The notes under the pieces were generated by a model that was not told the DNA's origin, searched no databases, and saw only the letters and a program-made list of their open reading frames with translations. Positions 31,537 through 41,570 of a stretch of 44,019 nucleotides of DNA are shown here, piece after piece. The DNA lies in the NCBI GenBank assembly GCA_963766715.1, contig CAVYBH010000018.1:1-44019 (forward strand), given 5' to 3'. This DNA comes from an uncultured delta proteobacterium. GTDB lineage: Bacteria > Myxococcota > Myxococcia > Myxococcales > Anaeromyxobacteraceae. Position numbers and translations under genes: made by a program. The stretch's first letter is position 1, and each line of letters begins with the position of its first letter.

Positions 31537-32761
31537 CCACCCAGGTACACCCCGGCACCGCCACCTCCGCCGGCGCCTCCTGGCGCAACCTCGTCCTGCC
31601 CCGACTCGCCGGCCTGAAGGACGGACTGCTGACCCTGCGGGAGAACGGGTCCGGGCACCACCTTCGGGCACGCCGCCGCCGACGGGCTCGCCGCCGAGGT
31701 GGAGGTGAAGGACCCGGCCTTCTGGCGCCGCGTGGCCACGGGAGGAACCCTCGGCTCCGCCGAGTCGTACGCCGCCGGCGAATGGGACACGCCGGACCTG
31801 ACCTCGGTGGTCCGCCTGGTGACCCGCAACGTCGCGGCGATGGACGGGCTGGAGAGCGGCCTGGCTCGCCTGCGCCGTCCCGTCGACGCCATCCGCCACG
31901 CCTTCCGGCGCAACACGCGCTCCGGCAGCCGGCGGAACATCACCGAGCACTACGACCTGGGGGACGAGTTCTTCGGGCTCATGCTCGACCCGACCCTCAC
32001 CTACTCCTGCGGGATCTTCGAGCGGCCGGACGCCACGCTGGAGGAGGCCAGCGTCGCCAAGATCGACCGGCTCTGCCGGATGCTCGGGACTGGGCCCGGA
32101 CCACCACCTGCTCGAGATCGGCACCGGCTGGGGCGCCTTCGCCATCCACGCCGCCTCCCGCTACGGGTGCCGCGTCACCACCACGACCATCTCGGCGAAC
32201 CAGCTGGCACGGGCCCGGGAGCGGGTGGCCGAGGCCGGCCTCTCCGACCGCGTCACGGTCCTCCACGCCGACTACCGCGACCTCACCGGGCGCTTCGACC
32301 GGATCGTCTCGGTCGAGATGCTCGAGGCGGTGGGAGCGGCCTACTACGAGACCTTCTTCGCGAAGTGCGCCTCGCTGCTCGCGGACGACGGGCTCATGGC
32401 CTTGCAGGTCATCACCATCGCCGACGCCCGCTACGAGCAGCACGTGCGCGGCGTCGACTTCATCAAGCGCTACGTCTTCCCCGGGTCGAACATCCCCTCC
32501 ATCACGGCGCTGCTGCAGGCCGCCACGCGATCCTCGGACCTCACGCTGCGCCGGCTCGAGGACATCGGCCCGCACTACGCGCCCACGCTGGCCGCGTGGA
32601 GGAAGAACCTGGCCTCGAACGCCGAGGCGGTGGCCCGGCTCACCGACGAGCGCTTCCGCCGCATCTGGAACTTCTACCTCTGCTACTGCGAGGCGGGCTT
32701 CGCCGAGCGCTACCTGGGCGACGCGCAGATGCTCTTCGCGAAGCCCGGCGGGAGGATCTGA
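31533..32761 (+). CDS. cfa: Cyclopropane-fatty-acyl-phospholipid synthase family methyltransferase (UfaM/Cfa-like)
   Basis: [71 protein letters not shown] overlap; indels near 31655 and 32087. Confidence 0.88.
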
Positions 32762-32762
32762 C

Positions 32763-33491
32763 ATGTCGCTCGCGCTGGCCGCCGCCACCAGCCTCCTCCT
32801 CGCGAGCCCGGGGGTCGCTCCCCCGGCGCTCGCCTCCGAACCCACTCCCGGCACCCAGGCAGTCGAGCGCTTCCGGGGAGTGGCCCGGTCGAGGGACGGC
32901 AGCGTCGCCTACGTCGAGGTGCACGAGGTGAAGCTCTCCGGGGGGCGCGTGACGTCGGCCGAGACCCGCTACGAGCGCCCCGACGGCCGCACCATCGCCC
33001 GCCTCGTCTCCGAATATCCGGCGGGCTCGTTCGCCCCGGACTACGAGTTCCACGACCTCCGGAGCGGCGCCCGGGAGGCCGTGCAGCGCGCCGGCAACGG
33101 GATCCGCCTCGTCGACGGCGACCGCGACAAGGTCCTTCCCCTTCCCGAGAAGCTTCCGCTCGTGGCCGGGCAGGGTCTCGACCGCTACGCGCGGGCGCAC
33201 CTCGAGGAGCTGGCGCGCGGCGACGTGCTCCGCGTCTCGCTGGCCCTCCCCGGGCGCCTGGACGCCTTCGGGTTCCAGCTCCGGGGCGAGCCCGCGGCCG
33301 ACGGCCGCATCCGGGTCTCCTTCGAGCCCACCAGCTTCATCCTCCGGCTCCTCGCTCCGTCCCTCGTGGGCGAGTACGACCGGTCCACCGGCCGGCTCGT
33401 CCGCTACGAGGGCGTGTCGAACGTGGCCGGCGAGGACGGTTCCCCCCAGCACGTGGAGATCGCCTATTCCTACGCAGACGCCAGCCCCTGA
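32763..33491 (+). CDS. Exported hypothetical protein (beta-rich), 242 aa
   Basis: Signal peptide MSLALAAATSLLLAS; starts 1 nt after the cfa stop. Confidence 0.7.
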   Translation: MSLALAAATSLLLASPGVAPPALASEPTPGTQAVERFRGVARSRDGSVAYVEVHEVKLSGGRVTSAETRYERPDGRTIARLVSEYPAGSFAPDYEFHDLRSGAREAVQRAGNGIRLVDGDRDKVLPLPEKLPLVAGQGLDRYARAHLEELARGDVLRVSLALPGRLDAFGFQLRGEPAADGRIRVSFEPTSFILRLLAPSLVGEYDRSTGRLVRYEGVSNVAGEDGSPQHVEIAYSYADASP

Positions 33492-33516
33492 CCGGATCTC
33501 CGCGGTCCTCGGCCTC

Positions 33517-34126
33517 GTGGCCGTCGCCGGCAACGTCGGCGGCGTGCTCTTCCTCGCCGACGTGCCCGTCGCCTACCGCCCCACCGACATCGACGGCTGG
33601 GCGGCGCTGTCGGCGGCGCACCCGTCGGCCACGGTGGCGAGCGCGCTCTTCTTCATCCTCGGCCTGCTCGCGCTGGCCGGATGGGCGACGGGGCTGGGCC
33701 GCCGCGCGGCGACCCCATCCGCGAGGTTCGGCGGGACCACGATCGCCGCGGGCGCGATGCTCAACGCGGCGGGCTGCGTCGCGCCGCTCGTGCTGGTCGC
33801 CCACGTCGTCCCCCGCTGCGGCGAGGCGGCCTGCGCACCGGTGGCGCGCGCGCTGCTCGGCCTGACCCTCTCCCTCGACGCGCTCTTCAACCTCCTGCTC
33901 GGCATCGGCCTCCTCGTCCTGGGAACCGTCCTCTGGCGAGCGGGGGGAGCGAGCCGTGGGCGTGCTCGGCGTGGTGGCCGGCCTGGCGTCGATCCCGGTC
34001 GCCGGCCAGCCCTTCTTCGAGGCCTCCGCGAAGCTGCTGGGCGTGGCCGCACCCCTCTGGCTCGGCTTCATCCTCTGGACGAGCTTCCGGATGTGGCGGG
34101 CGGTCCCGGGAAGCGCCCGCCCGTGA
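33517..34126 (+). CDS. Hypothetical multi-pass membrane protein (start uncertain)
   Basis: Hydrophobic ORF; indel near 33950; ends ...WRAVPGSARP-TGA overlapping the next GTG. Confidence 0.55.
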
Positions 34127-34902
34127 CCTTCGTCCTGGCCACCTCCGCGGCCGCGGTGACCCTCTACATGGTCGTCGCCTGGCTCGTCTCGCTGCGGCTG
34201 CGGGACGCCTCCATCGCCGACGTCTTCTGGGGGCCAGGCTTCGCGCTCGTGGGGGTCCTTTCCGCCGCGATCTCCCGGCCGTCCGGCCGCGGCGTGCTGC
34301 TCGCCGCCCTCACCTGCATCTGGGGCGTGCGGCTCGCCCTCCACATCGGCGCTCGCTGGCGCAAGAAGAAGGAAGAGGACCGGCGCTACCAGGCCATGCG
34401 GGCGGGCTGGGGCGACCGATTCCCCCTGGCGAGCCTGTTCACGGTGTTCCTCCTCCAGGGAGCCCTTCTCTGGGTGGTCTCGCTCCCGCTCCAGGTCGGC
34501 GCGGCCCTGGGAGCCGAACGGCCCCTCGGCCTCCTGGACGCGGCCGGGGTGCTGCTGTTCGGGGTCGGGCTGGGATTCGAGGCCGTGGGAGACGCCCAGC
34601 TGGCTCGCTTCCTCTCGGATCCGGCCAGCCGGGGCCGGGTCATGGAGACCGGGCTGTGGCGCTACACCCGCCACCCCAACTACTTCGGCGACGCCCTTCT
34701 CTGGTGGGGGCTCGGGCTCGTCGGAGCGGCCACCGGGGCGTACTGGTGCCTCCTCGGTCCCGCCCTCATGACCTTCCTCCTCGTCCGGGTATCCGGCGTG
34801 TCCCTGCTCGAGAAGGACATCGCCGGCCGCCGCCCGGAGTACGTGGCCTACATGCGACGGACGAGCCCGTTCCTGCCGATGCCTCCCTCCCGGGCTCCGT
34901 GA
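34123..34902 (+). CDS. DUF1295 (steroid 5-alpha-reductase-like) membrane protein
   Basis: DASIADVFWG, WGVRLALH, EDRRYQAMR, GDAQLARF, GLWRYTRHPNYFGD. Confidence 0.88.
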   Translation: MTFVLATSAAAVTLYMVVAWLVSLRLRDASIADVFWGPGFALVGVLSAAISRPSGRGVLLAALTCIWGVRLALHIGARWRKKKEEDRRYQAMRAGWGDRFPLASLFTVFLLQGALLWVVSLPLQVGAALGAERPLGLLDAAGVLLFGVGLGFEAVGDAQLARFLSDPASRGRVMETGLWRYTRHPNYFGDALLWWGLGLVGAATGAYWCLLGPALMTFLLVRVSGVSLLEKDIAGRRPEYVAYMRRTSPFLPMPPSRAP

Positions 34903-34933
34903 GCCGTCCCGGCGTTGCCGCCCCCGGGGCCGC

Positions 34934-36081
34934 ATGGTAACGGTGGCTGCCGTGAGAACGTCGGGCAAGCGAGAGCGCGCGGAGAAGCAGGAAGAGGTCA
35001 CCGAGCCGGCCGGCAACATCGCGTCGGCCGTCGATTTGAAGGCCGGCGACCGGGTCGTATACCCGAAGCAGGGCGTCTACCGGGTCACCGGGCTCGAGCA
35101 GCAGGACATCGCCGGGCAGCGGCTCGAGTTCGTGAAGATGACGCGCGAGGAGGACGGCGCCTCGGTGCTCGTCCCGCTCGCCAAGGTCCCGACCATCGGG
35201 CTGCGTCGCGTGGCCACCGCCGACGACATCGAGGGGGTCTTCCACTACCTCGGCGCCTCCTACGACGACCCCGAGCTCGACTGGAAGGTCCGCCACCGCG
35301 ACAACGTCGAGCGGCTCATCGCCGGCGGCGTCCTCGGCGTGGCCGAGGTGGTGAAGGGGCTTCACTCCCTGGCGCGGCTGCGCCCGCTGCCGGCCAAGGA
35401 GCGCGAGCTCTACGACAGCTCCCGCCACCTGCTCGTGAACGAGATTCTCGGTTTCACTCGGGGTCCCCGACGTCATCGCCGAGGACTACGTCGACCTGGC
35501 CCTCATGCCGCCCGCCGGCATGAAGCTCCCGCTCAAGCCGCCCCCGACCCCGGTCGAGCTCAAGGGTCCGCCGTGGAAGCGGAAGAAGCCGGTCGCTGCC
35601 GACGACGACGACCTCGGCCTGGCCGACCTGGGTATCGACCTGGGCGCGCTGGAGGGGGTCGCCGAGGGCACCGCCGAGAGCGAGGAGTCCGAGGAAGGCG
35701 AGTCCGAGACGGCCGCTCCCGCCGAGGAAGGGGCCGAGGAGGCCGATGCGGTGCCGGCGAAGCCGGCGCCCAAGCGCGACGGAGAAGGCCCCGGCTGCCA
35801 AGGCTGCGGCCCCGAAGAAGGCTGCTCCGCCGCCCCCCCCGCCCGCGCCCCCGAAGAAGCAGGCGGTCAAGGCAGCGCCGCCTCCGAAGGCCGCGCCCAA
35901 GGCCGCACCGGCGAAGAAGCCCGTCCCGAAGACGCCGCCCAAGGCCGCCCCCAAGGCGCCCGCGAAGCCGGCCGCGAAGGCCGCTGCACCGAAGAAGGCC
36001 GCACCGGCGAAGAAGCCCGCGGCCGCCAAGGCACCGGCGCCCAGGAAGGGCGCGAAGCCCGCGAAGGGGAAGAAGAAGTGA
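34934..36081 (+). CDS. carD: CarD global regulator with an acidic region and a histone-H1-like K/A/P tail
   Basis: GDRVVYPKQGVY..LVPL.K...GLR..DWKVR CarD/CdnL domain, D/E-rich stretch, then AAPKKAA repeats ending KGKKK-TGA; indels near 35450 and 35778; start approximate. Confidence 0.85.
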
Positions 36082-36623
36082 TCCGGATCGTCACGCTCGC
36101 CGCCTACGACGAGGGGGACATCACCCACCTCTCGAAGACGCTGTACCGCTCCTTCGGCGTCGGCACCGAGCACGTCGGGGAACGCCCCCTGCCGAAGAAG
36201 GGCGCGCGCGAGGACGGGCGGTACGACGCCATCAAGCTCCTCGACGACGCGCCGCCGGTGCGGGCCTACGCCGACGACAAGGTGCTCTACATCACCGACG
36301 TGGAGCTGGCGATCCCGAAGGGACCGCTGGGAGAGCCGCCCACCTGGGGATACGCCGAGCAGGGCGGTGACCGGGCCATCATCTCCACCTTCCGCTTCAA
36401 GCCCCGCGGCGTCACCGAGGCCTCCATCGAGGTGTTCCGGCGTCGCCTGGCCCGCGAGTCGATCCACTTCATCGGCCACCTCTGGGACCTCCACCACTGC
36501 TACGACGCTCGCTGCGCCATGCACCCGTCGTGGTCCCCCACGCTGCCCGACGATCCCGAGTTCGAGCTCGACTCGTTCTGCCGGGACAAGAGCGAGCGGC
36601 GCATCCGCCTCGCCAAGACCTGA
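36078..36623 (+). CDS. carG: CarG zinc-binding adaptor (archaemetzincin-like, catalytic Glu absent)
   Basis: GTGA overlap with carD; HFIGHLWDLHHC....CAM motif with F in place of the HExxH Glu. Confidence 0.8.
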   Translation: MIRIVTLAAYDEGDITHLSKTLYRSFGVGTEHVGERPLPKKGAREDGRYDAIKLLDDAPPVRAYADDKVLYITDVELAIPKGPLGEPPTWGYAEQGGDRAIISTFRFKPRGVTEASIEVFRRRLARESIHFIGHLWDLHHCYDARCAMHPSWSPTLPDDPEFELDSFCRDKSERRIRLAKT

Positions 36624-36648
36624 GCGACCTCGGCCGGCCGCCTCGCCC

Positions 36649-37632
36649 GTGAGCCAGCTGCCCGAACATCACGGGCCGAGCTACAAGCTCCCCGCCCCTC
36701 CCCCTCCGGATCCCACCGGCTGGATCGAGTTGCGCCGCAAGGCACGGACCGCGCTCTGGCCGCCGCAGCCCGCGGCCTGGGCGGGCTTGCTCGCCGTGGC
36801 GGTGGCGGCCGCGAGCCTGCACGGCCTCTGGTTCCTGTCCACGCTCCCGGGCCGGCTCCCTTCTCCGACCGACTGGAAGGCGGTGGCGACGCTGCTCGCC
36901 CGCGACGCCCGCCCCGGCGACGCCGTGGCCCTCTCGCCGGCATGGGCCGAGCGCGCCCGCGAGGTGCTGCCGGACCGCCTGCCGTCGCGTCCCGACCTGA
37001 CCCTGCCGGTCCTCGCGCTGCCCTCCTATGCGGAGGCCGAGGAGGATCTGCCGGGCGTGAAGCGGGTCTGGCTCGTCTCCCTCCCGGGCGCCCCGGGCGC
37101 ATCGCGCAGGATCGCGAGCCAGCTCGAATCCCGGTCGGAGAGGTCGGAGGGGCCCGCGCCGGTGGGGCGGCTCACGCTCACCCGGTACGACCTCCGCTCC
37201 CCGCTCCTGCCGCTCCACTCCTTCGCCGACCACCTGGGGTCCGCCACCATCCGGAGTCCGGGCGGGCGCGTCTCCCGGGAGATCCGCGAGGTGGACCTCC
37301 TCCCGCGGACCTGCATCCTGGCGGCCTTCCCGGGAGCCCGGCCCGAGCCTGCGGCGATCTCCTTCCCGGCCGTGCCGCTGGGGCGGGCCCTCCGGGGGCA
37401 CCTCGGCCTGGTGGGCGACGTCTCGGCCGGCGCTCCCCCGGTCTCGCTCCGCGTGAAGGTCGACGGCCTGGAGGTGGGGCGCGCCGAGGCCACGGCGGGA
37501 CGCCCGGGTTGGACCCCGTTCCAGATCGACACCAGCCGCATCTCCGGCCCGTCGCGCGAGGTGACGGTGGAGCTGACGCCGTCCGGACCGCTGCCCCGCG
37601 GCGTCTGCCTCGAGCTGGGGAGCCTGCCGTGA
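36649..37632 (+). CDS. Membrane-anchored hypothetical protein
   Basis: GTG 36649; one TM near the N-terminus; stop overlaps the next start. Confidence 0.6.
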   Translation: MSQLPEHHGPSYKLPAPPPPDPTGWIELRRKARTALWPPQPAAWAGLLAVAVAAASLHGLWFLSTLPGRLPSPTDWKAVATLLARDARPGDAVALSPAWAERAREVLPDRLPSRPDLTLPVLALPSYAEAEEDLPGVKRVWLVSLPGAPGASRRIASQLESRSERSEGPAPVGRLTLTRYDLRSPLLPLHSFADHLGSATIRSPGGRVSREIREVDLLPRTCILAAFPGARPEPAAISFPAVPLGRALRGHLGLVGDVSAGAPPVSLRVKVDGLEVGRAEATAGRPGWTPFQIDTSRISGPSREVTVELTPSGPLPRGVCLELGSLP

Positions 37633-39252
37633 ACGTCCGCGTGGGCATCGCGCTCGCCTGGGGCGTCGGGGTCTTCGTGGTCGCGGCGGCGACCGCACCG
37701 GCCGTCGGCATCTCCCGGGACGAGAGCGTCTACCTGGAGGCCGGGGCCGCCTCGGCCCGATTCTGGCGGGAGGCGCTGCGCTCGCCCGGGAACGTGCTGG
37801 AGCTCGCCGACCGTCACTACGCGTGGAACCACGAGCACCCCGGGTTCGCCAAGGGCGTCTTCGCGACCACCCGGACGCTGCTCGCCGACGGGCTCGGCTG
37901 GACGGGAGAGGTCCAGGGATCGCGCTTCGGCGCCTTCCTCTTCGCGGCGCTGCTCGCGGTCGTGCTCGCGCTGTGGGGCTTCGACCTCGCAGGGCCGATC
38001 GGGGGGGCTCTCTCCCCCGCGCTCTTCTTCCTCGTGCCGCGGAACTTCTACCACTCGCACCCCGCGGTGCTCGACCTGCCCATCTCCGCGCTCTGGCTGG
38101 CCACGACCTACGCCTTCTGGCGAAGCACCAGCGCCTCGCGCGGCTGGCTCTCGACCGCCGGATGGGCCACCGCCACCGGCCTCCTCTTCGGAGCCGCGCT
38201 CGGCACCAAGCACAACGCCTGGTTCATCCCCCCGGTCCTGGTCGCCGCCTGGCTCCTCGGCTCGGTCCGGGGACGCCAGCGCCCCTCGGGCGCCGGCGCG
38301 GAGGAACGCGGACCCCTGGCCTTCGGCGCGATGGCCGTCCTGGGCCCGGTCGTGCTGGTGGGGTCGTGGCCCTGGCTCTGGCACCGGACCCTGCCCCGGA
38401 TCCGCGACTGGCTCGGGTACCACCTCCACCACGAGAACTATCCGTGGATGTACCTCGGGCGGCTGCTGCGCGAGCCCCCCTTCCCCGCCAGCTATCCCTT
38501 CGTGGTCACGGCGCTCACCGTCCCCGCGGCCATCCTCGTGGCCATGCTGGGTGGCGTGGCGCAGGCATCGGGCCGGATCGTCGCCGCCTGGCGCGGCAGG
38601 GACGACTCGGTCTCGCTCCCCACCGAGTGGCTCCTGCTCCTGAACGCCGTATTCCCCGTCGCCCTCATCGCCTGGCCGACCGTCCCGCACTTCGGGGGCG
38701 TGAAGCACTGGATGCCGGCCATGCCCTTCCTGGCGCTCCTGGGGGCGAGAGCGCTCGTGACCGCCGGACGGCGGCTCTGGCCCGCGCGGGCGGCGCTCGT
38801 GACCGGCGTCCTCGCGGCGCTGGCGCTCGCCCCGGCCGCCTGGCAGGTGGCGCGCAGCCACCCCTTCGGCACCGCGGCCTGGAACGAGCTCGCCGGTGGG
38901 GCCCCCGGGGCTGCCTCGATGGGCATGCAGCGCCAGTTCTGGGGAGACGATCTCGGTGGCCGTGCTGCCGTCCCTGAACGTCCACGCGGCGCCCGGCGCG
39001 CGGGTGTGGTTCCAGGAGGCCACCTCGCTCGCCGCCCGGCAGTACCAGCGCGACGGACGGCTCCGGCCGGACCTCGTCGTGGCCTCCGGCCCCGAGGACG
39101 CCGACATCTCGATCTGGCAGTATCACCAGGAGTTCCGCGACCGGGAGTTCAGGACCTGGACCGAGTTCCGCACCGCTCGCCCGGTGACCGGCGTCTACCT
39201 CGACGAGGTGCCGCTGGTGCAGGTCTACGCCCGGCCGGGAGCGTGGAGATGA
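37629..39252 (+). CDS. GT-C fold glycosyltransferase (PMT/ArnT-like)
   Basis: GISRDESVY acidic pair after TM1, NHEHPGFAK, LGTKHNAW, many TM segments; indel near 38952. Confidence 0.72.
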
Positions 39253-40991
39253 CCGGCCTGCTCCGCAAGTCATGGGTGCTGGTCGCGCTCGCCGCGATCC
39301 TGCCGTTCGCCCAGACGCTTCCTCACCCGCCGGTGCTCGACGACGGCTGGGCCGTGGTGGAGAACCCGCTCGTCCAGGGCGGGCTCCGGAACGCCGCCCG
39401 GATCCTCACCGCGCCGTACAACTACGGCGGCCCCGGGACGACGGGCGGGCTCTTCCGGCCCGTCACCACCCTCACCTTCGCGGCCAACTACGCCGTCCAC
39501 GGACGCGCGCCGGGCGGCTACCACCTGGTGAACCTGCTGCTCCACCTGGCGGCCTCGCTCCTCGTGCTCTCGCTCGCGCGGCGGCTCGCCGAGGCCGCGA
39601 TGCCCGATCGGGCGCCCTGGGTCGCGCTCGTGGCCGGACTGCTCTTCGCCGTCCACCCCGCGCACGTCGAGGCCATCGCGCCCTTCGTGGGGCGCAAGGA
39701 ACTGCTCTCCACGACCTTCGCGCTCGGTTCGATGCTGGTCGCGTTCTCGGGGCGGGGCGCGGCGCGCAGCCTGGGGCGGCTCGCGGGCGCGGTGGGACTG
39801 CTCGCGCTCGGCATCCTCTCGAACGAGGGGGTGGCCGTGACGCCCCTCCTCTACGGGATCGTGGCCTTCGCCCTGCCCGGCGCCGCGGGGCTGGGCGGAC
39901 GCCCCGGCCTCCGCGATTCCGCTTCCCGCAGCGCGCTCCTCCGCCTGGCGGGGGTCGGGGGCGCGCTCGCCCTCTCGATCGTCCCCTACCTCGTGCTCCG
40001 GGGAATGCCGCGGGGCGTGCCCCTCGAGGCCCAGTGGCTGGCGGGCGTGCCCCGCTCCACGGTGACCTACACCACCAGTCGCATCCTGGCCGAGTACCTC
40101 CGCATCCTGTCCTTCCCGTCCTTCCTCGGAACCGACTTCGCCTACGCGGCGCGGGTGCCGCTCGTCGCCGCGCCCGGCGCCACCTTCCTCCTCTCGACCG
40201 CCATCTGGCTGCCCTTGCTCGTGGGCGCGGTGATCCTCCTCCGGCGCTTTCCCCTCCCGGCTGCCGGGGTTCTCTGGTCGTTCGCCGCCCTGCTCCCGGT
40301 CCTGCACCTCTTTCCCATCGGCGTCCTCATGGCGGAGCGGCTCACCTACCTCTCGTCGGCCGGGTTCTGCATCGCCGCGGGCGCGCTCGTCGGGTCGGTC
40401 CGCCGCTCTCCGGTGGTGGTCGGCGCCGTCTTCGCGGTGGTGGCGGTGCTGGGGATCCGATCCGCGGTGCGCGCGGCCGACTGGCAGAGCGACCTCGCGC
40501 TGTGGGAGTCGGAGCTGCCCAAGGCGCCGGACGACGTCGTGGTGAACAACAACCTGGCGGTGGCCTACTCGTTCCGGGGCGAGTACGCGAAGGCCGTCCC
40601 GGTGCTCCGGCATGCCATCCAGGTCGCGCCCGGCTACTGGCGCGCCCACGTGAACCTGGGCATCGCCGAGCAGGGGCTCGGTCACCGGGAGGAGGCGCGG
40701 CGGGCGTTCCTGGGCGCCATCCGGATGGCGCCCGGCGTCTCCTCACCGCTCTACTTCTACTCGCGCCTCCAGGCCGAGGAAGGCGACCTGGCCGGCGCCG
40801 TGGTCACGCTGCAGGCGGCGCGCCGGCTTGCCCCGGAGGAGGCCCGGCTCGCCACGGCCCAGGGGCAGCACCTCGCGAAGCTGGGACGGGTCGCCGAGGC
40901 CCGGGCGGCCTTCCAGGCGGCGCTCGCCATCGACCCGGCCGACGCCGAGGCCCAGCGCGCCCTTTCGTCAATGAATTCAGCGCCTCCTTGA
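39249..40991 (+). CDS. TMTC-like GT-C glycosyltransferase with C-terminal TPRs
   Basis: VLDDGWAVVEN, FRPVTTLTF, YHLVNLLLH, LFAVHPAHVEAI..VGRKELL, MAERLTY, then TPR-like repeats (NNLAVAY, AHVNLG). Confidence 0.78.
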   Translation: MTGLLRKSWVLVALAAILPFAQTLPHPPVLDDGWAVVENPLVQGGLRNAARILTAPYNYGGPGTTGGLFRPVTTLTFAANYAVHGRAPGGYHLVNLLLHLAASLLVLSLARRLAEAAMPDRAPWVALVAGLLFAVHPAHVEAIAPFVGRKELLSTTFALGSMLVAFSGRGAARSLGRLAGAVGLLALGILSNEGVAVTPLLYGIVAFALPGAAGLGGRPGLRDSASRSALLRLAGVGGALALSIVPYLVLRGMPRGVPLEAQWLAGVPRSTVTYTTSRILAEYLRILSFPSFLGTDFAYAARVPLVAAPGATFLLSTAIWLPLLVGAVILLRRFPLPAAGVLWSFAALLPVLHLFPIGVLMAERLTYLSSAGFCIAAGALVGSVRRSPVVVGAVFAVVAVLGIRSAVRAADWQSDLALWESELPKAPDDVVVNNNLAVAYSFRGEYAKAVPVLRHAIQVAPGYWRAHVNLGIAEQGLGHREEARRAFLGAIRMAPGVSSPLYFYSRLQAEEGDLAGAVVTLQAARRLAPEEARLATAQGQHLAKLGRVAEARAAFQAALAIDPADAEAQRALSSMNSAPP

Positions 40992-41015
40992 CCGTGTCCG
41001 GCCCGTCCCTATATT
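40988..41015 (+). promoter_or_regulatory. Sigma70-type promoter of tmRNA
   Basis: TTGACC-N16-TATATT, 21 nt upstream of the mature 5' end. Confidence 0.7.
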
Positions 41016-41036
41016 CCCCCTCGAGTTCGTTCATTC

Positions 41037-41381
<345 letters not shown>

Positions 41382-41383
41382 TT

Positions 41384-41414
41384 AAACCCCAGGCGAAACC
41401 TGGGGTTTTTCTTT
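41384..41414 (+). terminator. Intrinsic terminator of ssrA
   Basis: AAACCCCAGG-CGAAA-CCTGGGGTTT followed by TTCTTT. Confidence 0.9.
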
Positions 41415-41570
41415 GGGACCGTGGGGGGTTCTACCCTGCGCTCATTGGAGCCGGGGATTTTCAGTCTCTCCCCGTGTACCCATAGGTCCGAGTCATCCAT
41501 CCGCTGCGGGGAAGGGCTCTGGCAACGGGGATTATGGCGTGGGAATGGAGGCGACGGGTTGGCGCTCTCG

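Noticed and set aside
36078..36623. Active archaemetzincin protease
   Set aside because: The HExxH Glu is replaced (HFIGH) and the gene is coupled to carD, which fits CarG.
36942..40991. 1349-aa double-glycosyltransferase fusion (likewise the 33517-34902 and 35505-36623 fusions)
   Set aside because: Frameshift read-through artefacts; separate starts overlap stops at 37629, 39249, 34123 and 36078.
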